Origin: Ostrea edulis
Taxonomy: Eukaryota
Assembly (NCBI RefSeq): GCF_947568905.1
Contig: NC_079165.1
Span: 10,664,001-10,728,000, forward strand
Length of the DNA: 64,000 nucleotides
Direction of reading: 5' to 3'
The first letter of the stretch is position 1, and the number at the start of each line of letters is the position of its first letter. Positions 61,101 through 64,000 of this stretch are shown piece by piece. The notes beneath the pieces are model-generated. The model saw only the letters and a program-made list of their open reading frames with translations. It made no database searches and was not told where the DNA came from. Both the position numbers and the translations under genes were made by a program.

Positions 61101-64000
61101 CTAAAAATTCTGCTAAATACTGTAATTAATCGCAGAGAAATGACTAACTACTGTGCTGGTTTTGAAGGATGAGTTATGCCAAGTTCTCTGAAAAATGATT
61201 TCGTGATTCTGGCAAAATAAAAGATATGAAATGGTTATCATGTAGACTTAAGGTGACCTAAAATTTATAGTGTATGCACCAAGAACAAAAAGAGTATGTT
61301 CAAATTGACCACCAAACCATTGGAAAACATTTCTTTGGAAGAGGTTAAGGATGAAATGACCAGAAACTAAGGATCTGCTGTGCTTGATGTGCACATGTAA
61401 CATTCATCTTATACCGTGTGTTTTCTAACTTTGCACAATATTCAGAAAAGGTATCAAATAACTAGTACATATTACAACTTACATCTACCTGTGACTCGGA
61501 GGTAGAGACAGGGTTGACACAGGAGTATGCATGCATTGTTAGCATGCACTGTTTGCTGAGGAGAATCTTGCTGCATTGCCAGAGTAATTTGAAAATGGTA
61601 AGGCACCGAATGATGTTGTAATCTAAGCTGTTTCTTGTAGTGTTCTATTTATCATGGAAATTCTTCAAATATTGCTAAAGATTTAAAACAATATTGCAAC
61701 AGCAAAGACTATTTGAATGTAAATACATAAATTCATAAGAATCTGTACATTAAATTTCACCAGAGAAAAAACATAGTAAGACTTTTTTCATTTGTGTCTA
61801 AAGAAAAACCAACCAGTCCAACTGGTCCCCTATCAACCAAGGATATCACTACTGACTCGGTGACCTTGACCTGGCAACCACCAGCTTCAGATGGTGGCTC
61901 TGCTATCAAAGGATACTTGGTGGAGAAATATGACAGTCGCAGAATGACATGGGTAAAAGTTGCTGACATTGATGAGAAGACCACATCATACATAGTTCCC
62001 AAACTTATTGAAGGACAGAAATACAAGTTCAGGGTCTCAGCTTTAAATGCTGAAGGTCAAGGACAACCATTGGAGACAGAAGGAGATGTGGTGCCAAGAA
62101 AACCCCCAGCTGCACCAGAAAAGCCATCTGGACCAATAAAATTCTCCAACATTCTGGGTGATTCTGTGACCTTAACTTGGTCTCCACCCAAGAAGGATGG
62201 AGGAGCCCCAGTGAAGTCTTATAATGTGGAACGGTCAGTGGATAACGGAAAGACATGGGAAAAAGTGGAGAACATAGACACCACCAAGTACACAGTCACT
62301 GGTCTCAAGGCCGGAGACAAGTACAAATTCAGAGTGGCAGCTGTCAACGAACTTGGGGAGGGAGATATGCTTGTGTCAGAAGCAGTTGTACCTCAAAGAC
62401 CAACTGGTAATGAAATTTAGTTATCTTGGGCCCCCTTTCTATATTATGTGTGTGTTAATGTCCCAAATCTCAACATCATATACAGTAAAACTCTGATATA
62501 GCGAATTTTTAGGGACCCTCTATAAAAATTCGCTATAAGCGTAATTCGCTATATGTTTATAGCGAATTCATAATTCAAATATAACGAATTCATTATAAAA
62601 CTGGTTTGTTCTACATGTATACCAGTTATATAAAAAAAAGCAGCAATCGATATACTTGCGTTTGTATTGTCTTTAAGTGAAATGAAGCCTATATGTTTTC
62701 GAGAAGAAATATTTTTATACAAGAAATATACACATTGATTTATATATGATAATTTATCTTGATGGATTATTAAGTCATGCAAGAACATGTCGAGAGAGAA
62801 ATGTCAACAAAATTTTGCGCAATACATACATGTACAGTCTATTGCAATTGGCATTTACTTGTTGCTTTACACAAATAAAGAAGTGTACGATAAAATAAAT
62901 GGAATCAAACTTCAAATTTAATTAATGAGAATAGTAAACAATACCGACAATATATTTCCTAAACGTATGTGTAAGTATTGGTTTCCTTTAACAACCTTTT
63001 TAGAAAAAATACAAACAGAAATTTTGTAATAAGTGGGAATCCTTTATGTCAATGGAAAACGATTGTTAAAAATCACAAAGAGTTTAAAATGAAAAAAATA
63101 AATTCGTTATAAAAGGTGATTTTTACTTTCATTTTTAATTCAAGGGGAATAGGAATTTACTTCGTTATATCCGTAAATTCGCTATATCCGTGTTCGTTAT
63201 AGACGCAGATTTTTATTTAGAATATATAAAGAATTTGCCGGGGAAATCGTTTTCACTTCGCTATAGCTGTAATTTCACTATATCCATGTTCACTATATTC
63301 GAGTTTTACTGTTTATACTAAGCAAATTGGATCTAGATTGTAAACTGTTTATGGCATTTATTTCTTGGCACAGATGCTCCATCTCAACCATTCGGACCTC
63401 TGGAGCCAAAGAACATCAGAAAAGATTCCCTAACACTGACTTGGCAACCTCCTAAAGATGATGGGGGGAGTCCCATCACAGGATATATCATTGAGAAAAG
63501 AGAGAACAAGAAAGGAAAATGGACACCTGTGGAGAAGGTTGGCAAAGGAATCACAGAACTGGATGTGAAGAGACTACAAGAAGGAAAAGAGTACTACTTC
63601 AGAGTCAAAGCTGAGAACAAGAAGGGAATCAGTGAGGCTCTAGAAACAGAGACATCTGTTGTTCCCAAGAGTCTGTTTGGTAGGTTATGCTGAATTTGAT
63701 TGTGTATAAGTAGTCATGTTAATTTCATGTAATTGTTATCAGTAACTACTACATAGTTTTATGTAAAATCATGGAAAATGTCATTTATCCAGACAAACCT
63801 GCAGCACCAGAAGGACCTCTCACTATGTCCAATTTGACTGCTACCTCTGCTGATCTGGAGTGGAAACCACCAAAGACAGATGGTGGTTCTCCCATTACTG
63901 GCTACATCATTGAGTCCAAACCCAGCGCGAGGGCCAGTTGGAATAAGGTGGCCAATGTGGATTCAGGCACCACCAGATACACTCCTAAAGATCTGCGTGA
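1..64000 (+). CDS. Partial multi-exon gene for a giant titin-family muscle protein (Ig/Fn3/PEVK-like; titin/twitchin/projectin/sallimus superfamily), 73 traced exons, both ends outside the window
   Basis: Continuous phase-compatible GT-AG exon chain encoding 39 I-set Ig domains, 11 Fn3 domains and Glu-rich repeats. Orthology cannot be assigned without a search. Confidence 0.93.
9380..9504 (+). repeat. Two tandem 64-bp copies of a degenerate tRNA/SINE-head-like sequence
   Basis: gctcagtg at 9380 and 9444. A-box-like TAGCTCAGTGAATTAAAGC; only a weak B-box-like segment. Confidence 0.4.
10042..10113 (+). CDS. Short linker exon EKHVEHIDTEFTLKDTLSEKEKQY
   Basis: ttttcag acceptor, 72 nt, phase 1-1, open; weak donor GTGTGT. 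Confidence 0.6.
10126..10162. repeat. (CT)n microsatellite, about 18 units
   Basis: Seen directly. Confidence 0.98.
10230..10286 (+). CDS. Short linker exon EEEKESTSDEDKIQSPTPF
   Basis: cttgcag acceptor, 57 nt, phase 1-1, donor GTGATT. Confidence 0.7.
10417..10722 (+). CDS. Ig domain 1 exon
   Basis: I-set motifs LECQITGSPKPTVTWYK and DAGKYSLVAQNELG; 306 nt, phase 1-1. Confidence 0.93.
10865..11185 (+). CDS. Ig domain 2 exon
   Basis: APAFTQKP...EIRWSR...DAGTFKVLATN; 321 nt, phase 1-1. Confidence 0.93.
11281..11332 (+). CDS. DFRxxL exon 1: KPEGPQRVDFRDSLTTEV
   Basis: tatttcag acceptor, GT|GTAAGC donor, phase 1-2. Confidence 0.85.
12010..12090 (+). CDS. DFRxxL exon 2: QTKVGIKYQAEQMDFRTLLKSTSVKS
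   Basis: 81 nt, phase 2-2, acacag acceptor, GTAAGT donor. Confidence 0.85.
12410..12494 (+). CDS. DFRxxL exon 3: KFSQEVTEETTQEIVETEQVDFREVLKK
   Basis: 85 nt, phase 2-0, ttttaacag acceptor, AAG|GTCAGT donor. Confidence 0.85.
12576..13569 (+). mobile_element. Non-autonomous Helentron/HINE (pearl/CvA-like) element with internal 151-159 bp tandem repeats
   Basis: 5' palindrome ATACCCCCC..GGGGGGTAT, (GTCC)n tract, repeats at 12711, 12870, 13021, 13172, 13294, 3' GGGGGCAT plus hairpin TGAGCattGCTCA, T-rich ends. Confidence 0.8.
12623..12670. repeat. (GTCC)9(GTCT)3 microsatellite inside the HINE-like element
   Basis: Seen directly. Confidence 0.95.
13888..13913. repeat. Poly-C run, 26 nt
   Basis: Seen directly. 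Confidence 0.95.
14267..14558 (+). CDS. Ig domain 3 exon
   Basis: TVTSPQFV...EVMWFH...DAGVYTVKAVNEAG; phase 0-1. Confidence 0.93.
14980..15109 (+). CDS. DFRxxL exon 4: EELEDT...PDAEQLDFRAVLKSKV
   Basis: 130 nt, phase 1-2, GT|GTAAGT donor. Confidence 0.88.
15351..15419 (+). CDS. DFRxxL exon 5: KTKSNESFETEQLDFRSALKTKV
   Basis: 69 nt, phase 2-2, GTAAGT donor. Confidence 0.88.
15537..15608 (+). CDS. DFRxxL exon 6: KTKANQEFESKQLDFRGALKSEHV
   Basis: 72 nt, phase 2-2, GTAAGT donor. Confidence 0.88.
15867..15938 (+). CDS. DFRxxL exon 7 (variant DFRDAI): QTKVNQQFAHEQLDFRDAIKARHV
   Basis: 72 nt, phase 2-2, GTAAGT donor. Confidence 0.88.
16191..16262 (+). CDS. DFRxxL exon 8: ETKVNQQFRHEQLDFREVLKTETV
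   Basis: 72 nt, phase 2-2, GTAAGT donor. Confidence 0.88.
16261..16559 (+). repeat. 43-bp minisatellite x7, each unit carrying a copy of the exon 8 donor
   Basis: gtgtaagta at 16261, 16304, 16347, 16390, 16433, 16476, 16519. Confidence 0.96.
16616..16684 (+). CDS. DFRxxL exon 9: ETTFNQQFPHEQLDFRSVLKADR
   Basis: 69 nt, phase 2-2, CG|GTAAGG donor. Confidence 0.88.
16800..17188 (+). CDS. Acidic linker plus Ig domain 4 exon
   Basis: ESSEEI...APKFITRI...DSGVYTVTASNAVG; phase 2-1. Confidence 0.92.
17280..17395 (+). CDS. Exon with the first part of an IQ motif (...EEAAVKIQAMFRGYK)
   Basis: 116 nt, phase 1-0, ttctgtag acceptor, AAG|GTTTGC donor. Confidence 0.85.
17413..18588. repeat. Intronic minisatellite of 39/37-bp units, about 30 copies
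   Basis: Unit acaccagtgatatcacacatgtagaaacatttacacatc; the 37-bp variant lacks one ac. Confidence 0.97.
18627..18842 (+). mobile_element. Short degenerate HINE-like element
   Basis: ttttataaccg...ggtatat 5' end and cggggggcattt...cctttgtt 3' end resemble the elements at 12576 and 38064. Confidence 0.4.
18885..19037 (+). CDS. Exon completing the IQ motif (AREEVKDMK...)
   Basis: 153 nt, phase 0-0, ttaacag acceptor, CAG|GTAGGT donor. Confidence 0.85.
19982..21700 (+). CDS. Large acidic Glu/Ser/Asp-rich low-complexity exon (573 aa)
   Basis: Open frame, 1719 nt, phase 0-0. Acceptor cacctcacag with a NAGNAG alternative at 19985; start less certain than end (GAG|GTAGGC). Confidence 0.8.
22292..22431 (+). 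CDS. Ig 5, N-terminal half
   Basis: DVEAAL...PTFLRELSD...GTPFPEITW; phase 0-2. Confidence 0.88.
22747..22782 (+). repeat. Dispersed repeat fragment shared with 61075-61110 (probable MITE end)
   Basis: ctaatattgccaaaattaaatccttgccaaaaattc vs ctaataatgccaaaattaaatcctcgctaaaaattc, 33/36 identical. Confidence 0.55.
22867..23045 (+). CDS. Ig 5, C-terminal half
   Basis: YKDGVEI...DDAEYAVKASNKAG; phase 2-1. Confidence 0.9.
23155..23302 (+). CDS. Ig 6, N-terminal half
   Basis: GEAPSIL...LECQVKGHPKPKVTWLKDG; phase 1-2. Confidence 0.92.
23449..23924 (+). repeat. 48-bp minisatellite x10 whose last unit contains the functional acceptor and first exon bases
   Basis: Units at 23449 + 48n; tttacatag|gg in 8 of 10 units. 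Confidence 0.96.
23913..24328 (+). CDS. Ig 6 C-terminal half plus Ig 7
   Basis: VDYVDDIVSLEI...DEGEYTLSLTNEKG...DKPVITHPL; phase 2-1. Confidence 0.9.
24437..24465 (+). CDS. Candidate alternative terminal exon GVKHTFEYQ*
   Basis: Strong acceptor cttttttttttatgtag, phase 1, TGA at 24463, AATAAA at 24590. Confidence 0.35.
24590..24595 (+). promoter_or_regulatory. Candidate intronic polyadenylation signal AATAAA
   Basis: Hexamer 125 nt after the candidate stop; AT-rich background weakens it. Confidence 0.3.
27831..28109 (+). CDS. Ig 8 exon
   Basis: VPPSILSFP...DEAIYVLKVENPAG; 279 nt, phase 1-1. Confidence 0.92.
28262..28333 (-). mobile_element. tRNA-derived SINE-like relic (not a functional tRNA)
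   Basis: Minus strand has A-box-like TAGCTCAGTCAG and B-box-like GGTTCAAGTCC at tRNA spacing; stems are degenerate. Confidence 0.45.
28593..28628 (+). CDS. Candidate microexon DEFSLFSYSLVC
   Basis: aaatttcag acceptor, A|GTAAGT donor, 36 nt, phase 1-1, open. Confidence 0.5.
31425..31442. repeat. Poly-G run, 18 nt
   Basis: Seen directly. Confidence 0.95.
31538..31629 (+). CDS. Linker plus start of Ig 9 (GTEKVV...RAPEFVLRIKTEK)
   Basis: 92 nt, phase 1-0. Confidence 0.85.
31848..31960. repeat. 58-bp tandem duplication
   Basis: tggaacttccata at 31848 and 31906. Confidence 0.9.
32058..32166 (+). mobile_element. Fragment of an abundant oyster-type interspersed repeat
   Basis: ctaggcacctaatcctacctctgg...ggggtccatgtttgccc...gattggtcactgttcattatcttca resembles, from memory only, a high-copy Ostreidae repeat; not verified. 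Confidence 0.4.
32191..32431 (+). CDS. Ig 9, remainder
   Basis: VEEGELADFTCEVVGTPKP...DAGEYRVQAENEHG; phase 0-1. Confidence 0.92.
32685..33002 (+). CDS. Ig 10 exon
   Basis: APKFVVEI...HDGTYTAEAKNPAG; 318 nt, phase 1-1. Confidence 0.92.
33091..33210 (+). CDS. Ig 11, N-terminal half
   Basis: EPKEDKPSIPEFIKVP...GTPKPT; 120 nt, phase 1-1. Confidence 0.88.
33590..33769 (+). CDS. Ig 11, C-terminal half
   Basis: VLWKKDN...DAGVYTCVAKNTEG; 180 nt, phase 1-1. Confidence 0.9.
33773..33924. repeat. 84-bp tandem duplication starting inside the donor site; second copy partly deleted
   Basis: agtacacatctgtacacaggactg at 33773 and 33857. Confidence 0.85.
34060..34157 (+). CDS. Linker plus start of Ig 12 (EIRRDQRLSESP...APEFTEVFDTC)
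   Basis: 98 nt, phase 1-0, GTAAGT donor. Confidence 0.85.
34548..34791 (+). CDS. Ig 12, remainder
   Basis: TVMEDKP...LEGEYKCVAKNPAG; phase 0-1. Confidence 0.92.
35282..35317 (+). CDS. Candidate microexon DEYTWFCYFTSD
   Basis: Long pyrimidine tract ending ttttatcctccgtttcag, A|GTAAGT donor, 36 nt, phase 1-1, open. Confidence 0.55.
35511..35543 (+). CDS. Candidate microexon EKPFWYFSPVH
   Basis: ttttctggttacag acceptor, C|GTAAGT donor, 33 nt, phase 1-1, open. Confidence 0.55.
36490..36604 (+). CDS. Ig 13, N-terminal half
   Basis: GRAETPIFSRKL...KGIPQPEVTW; phase 1-2. Confidence 0.9.
36960..37144 (+). CDS. Ig 13, C-terminal half
   Basis: YLNNQPV...DAGEVKAIAHNKAG; phase 2-1. Confidence 0.9.
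37268..37382 (+). CDS. Ig 14, N-terminal half
   Basis: EKKEAPKFIKKL...GKPKPHVSW; phase 1-2. Confidence 0.9.
37562..37734 (+). CDS. Ig 14, C-terminal half
   Basis: LRADKEL...DAALYTAKAHNTAG; phase 2-1. Confidence 0.9.
37835..37949 (+). CDS. Ig 15, N-terminal half (PARRPSIQPRKMSD...EVKW)
   Basis: 115 nt, phase 1-2. Confidence 0.9.
38064..38729 (+). mobile_element. Non-autonomous Helentron/HINE-like element
   Basis: 5' ttttatgcccccc palindrome, gtcggtcggt tract, internal ggtcaaaggtcaag repeats, 3' ggggagcata...caaacatctcttgtt. Confidence 0.7.
38739..38968 (+). CDS. Ig 15 C-terminal half plus start of Ig 16
   Basis: FINDKEI...RGQAPVFSEVPIKCTILE; phase 2-1. Confidence 0.9.
39076..39361 (+). CDS. 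Ig 16 (WSKGKW type) plus DWMARLKHR
   Basis: 286 nt, phase 1-2; DAGTYLVKATNEHG. Confidence 0.92.
39472..39637 (+). CDS. Charged linker exon ending EEPSEYEIVFKRRQSQ
   Basis: 166 nt, phase 2-0, open; not in the ORF track. Confidence 0.85.
39781..40240 (+). CDS. Linker plus Ig 17
   Basis: MLERVSEE...VRPLKDMAV...ETTAKLTVT; phase 0-1. Confidence 0.92.
40373..40639 (+). CDS. Ig 18
   Basis: 267 nt, phase 1-1. Confidence 0.92.
40814..41080 (+). CDS. Ig 19
   Basis: 267 nt, phase 1-1. Confidence 0.92.
41283..41312 (+). CDS. Weak candidate microexon AAIGDFFYAY
   Basis: ttttccatacag acceptor, A|GTATCA donor, 30 nt, phase 1-1. Confidence 0.3.
42007..42273 (+). CDS. Ig 20
   Basis: 267 nt, phase 1-1. 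Confidence 0.92.
42880..43146 (+). CDS. Ig 21 (divergent G-strand)
   Basis: 267 nt, phase 1-1; CVWLKDG...DEGVYSLTV. Confidence 0.85.
44054..44320 (+). CDS. Ig 22
   Basis: 267 nt, phase 1-1. Confidence 0.92.
44401..44560. repeat. 81-bp tandem duplication ending 9 nt before an acceptor
   Basis: aaattgatgttggggcac at 44401 and 44482. Confidence 0.9.
44570..44839 (+). CDS. Ig 23
   Basis: 270 nt, phase 1-1. Confidence 0.92.
45055..45324 (+). CDS. Ig 24
   Basis: 270 nt, phase 1-1. Confidence 0.92.
45504..45770 (+). CDS. Ig 25
   Basis: 267 nt, phase 1-1. Confidence 0.92.
46026..49523 (+). CDS. 3.5-kb exon: second PEVK-like (P/E/V/T/A) region ending in Ig 26
   Basis: 3498 nt, phase 1-1; atatcctaacag acceptor, GAG G|GTAACT donor. 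Confidence 0.9.
46160..47880 (+). repeat. Coding tandem array: 12 units of 135 bp (45 aa) plus a partial one
   Basis: gaggtcccagaaa-like starts at 46160 + 135n up to 47780. Confidence 0.95.
49690..49956 (+). CDS. Ig 27
   Basis: 267 nt, phase 1-1; near-identical to Ig 28. Confidence 0.93.
50064..50330 (+). CDS. Ig 28
   Basis: 267 nt, phase 1-1. Confidence 0.93.
50487..50750 (+). CDS. Ig 29
   Basis: 264 nt, phase 1-1. Confidence 0.92.
50944..51210 (+). CDS. Ig 30
   Basis: 267 nt, phase 1-1. Confidence 0.92.
51501..51509 (+). CDS. Candidate 9-nt microexon (AKT)
   Basis: ctaaactttcag|CTAAAACCG|gtgagt, phase 1-1. Confidence 0.55.
51586..51852 (+). CDS. Ig 31
   Basis: 267 nt, phase 1-1. Confidence 0.92.
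52173..52439 (+). CDS. Ig 32
   Basis: 267 nt, phase 1-1. Confidence 0.92.
52546..52812 (+). CDS. Ig 33
   Basis: 267 nt, phase 1-1. Confidence 0.92.
52826..52940. repeat. 57-bp tandem duplication 13 nt after a donor
   Basis: aaattgacacgatacc at 52826 and 52883. Confidence 0.9.
52999..53268 (+). CDS. Ig 34
   Basis: 270 nt, phase 1-1 at the first donor. Confidence 0.92.
53226..53488 (+). repeat. 84-bp repeat x3 spanning the exon end and donor
   Basis: Units at 53226, 53310, 53394; third has a 1-nt insertion. Confidence 0.95.
53882..54169 (+). CDS. Ig 35 (A-band type)
   Basis: VPPQLFLD...FKGNPQPKVTW...DTGNYTLTLENSAG; 288 nt. Confidence 0.93.
54372..54668 (+). CDS. Fn3 domain 1
   Basis: DKPSVP...WQPPADNGGS...YFFKVAARN; 297 nt. 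Confidence 0.94.
54779..55081 (+). CDS. Fn3 domain 2
   Basis: 303 nt; WQPPANDGGSP...YEFRVIAENKAG. Confidence 0.94.
55193..55495 (+). CDS. Fn3 domain 3
   Basis: 303 nt; WTPPTEDGGAP...YEFRVSAENKAG. Confidence 0.94.
   Translation, partial: LNQVHQELQILSKQTKPQLTSSGLHPQRMGVLLSLTMSSNTAPVVPSVGPEPTSLPSQTPHLVYLTLRRDLSMNSVCQLKTKLVLGQLQNPPNLSRWRNL
55695..55982 (+). CDS. Ig 36
   Basis: 288 nt, phase 1-1. Confidence 0.93.
56154..56441 (+). CDS. Ig 37
   Basis: 288 nt, phase 1-1. Confidence 0.93.
56557..56859 (+). CDS. Fn3 domain 4
   Basis: 303 nt, phase 1-1. Confidence 0.94.
57030..57332 (+). CDS. Fn3 domain 5
   Basis: 303 nt, phase 1-1. Confidence 0.94.
57445..57747 (+). CDS. Fn3 domain 6
   Basis: 303 nt, phase 1-1. 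Confidence 0.94.
57893..58004 (+). CDS. Ig 38, N-terminal half
   Basis: SGEAPSVLEGL...GKPEPSVTW; phase 1-2. Confidence 0.9.
58162..58334 (+). CDS. Ig 38, C-terminal half
   Basis: SKDTRTI...DSGSYTLEASNDLG; phase 2-1. Confidence 0.9.
58550..58837 (+). CDS. Ig 39
   Basis: 288 nt, phase 1-1. Confidence 0.93.
58926..59231 (+). CDS. Fn3 domain 7
   Basis: DVPDQPEGPI...WAPPKDDGGS; 306 nt. Confidence 0.93.
61804..62406 (+). CDS. Fn3 domains 8 and 9 (one exon)
   Basis: 603 nt, phase 1-1; non-consensus AAG acceptor. Confidence 0.88.
62483..63311. mobile_element. MITE (829 bp), probably Tc1/mariner-pogo type
   Basis: TIRs CAGTAAAACTC..TATAGCGAA and TTCACTATA..GAGTTTTACTG; TA at left flank, degenerate right flank; subterminal TTCGCTATA repeats; no ORF. 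Confidence 0.8.
63374..63679 (+). CDS. Fn3 domain 10
   Basis: DAPSQPFGPL...WQPPKDDGGSP...YYFRVKAEN; 306 nt; absent from the ORF track. Confidence 0.92.
63793..64000 (+). CDS. Fn3 domain 11 (truncated by window end)
   Basis: DKPAAPEGPL...WKPPKTDGGSPITGY. Confidence 0.9.

Noticed and set aside
1-64000. Assigning a gene symbol (twitchin/unc-22, projectin/bt, sls, TTN)
   Set aside because: Domain order differs from each as I know them, and no kinase domain or termini are in the window; needs a homology search.

Overview
AT-rich eukaryotic genomic DNA, probably from a bivalve (oyster-like, judged only from recalled repeat types). The whole window is the interior of one plus-strand gene for a giant titin-family sarcomeric protein; neither the start codon nor the final stop is in the window. 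I traced 73 exons by hand, and every junction is GT-AG and phase-compatible. In order they encode: a >=8.4 kb Glu-rich exon of about 21 near-identical 132/129-aa repeats; Ig domains interleaved with nine DFRxxL-type actin-binding motifs, each on its own short exon; an IQ motif split by an intron; a 573-aa acidic exon; tandem I-set Ig domains; a KGKW-Ig plus linker resembling myosin-binding protein C C1 and M-motif; a run of 267/270-nt single-Ig exons containing a second (45-aa) PEVK-like repeat; an (Ig-Fn3-Fn3-Fn3-Ig) super-repeat; and a run of Fn3 domains. The total is 39 Ig and 11 Fn3 (the last one partial). Introns contain Helentron/HINE-like elements, a MITE, minisatellites that copy splice sites, TGCATG clusters and several candidate microexons absent from the ORF track. 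All coordinates and counts are manual and no database search was possible.
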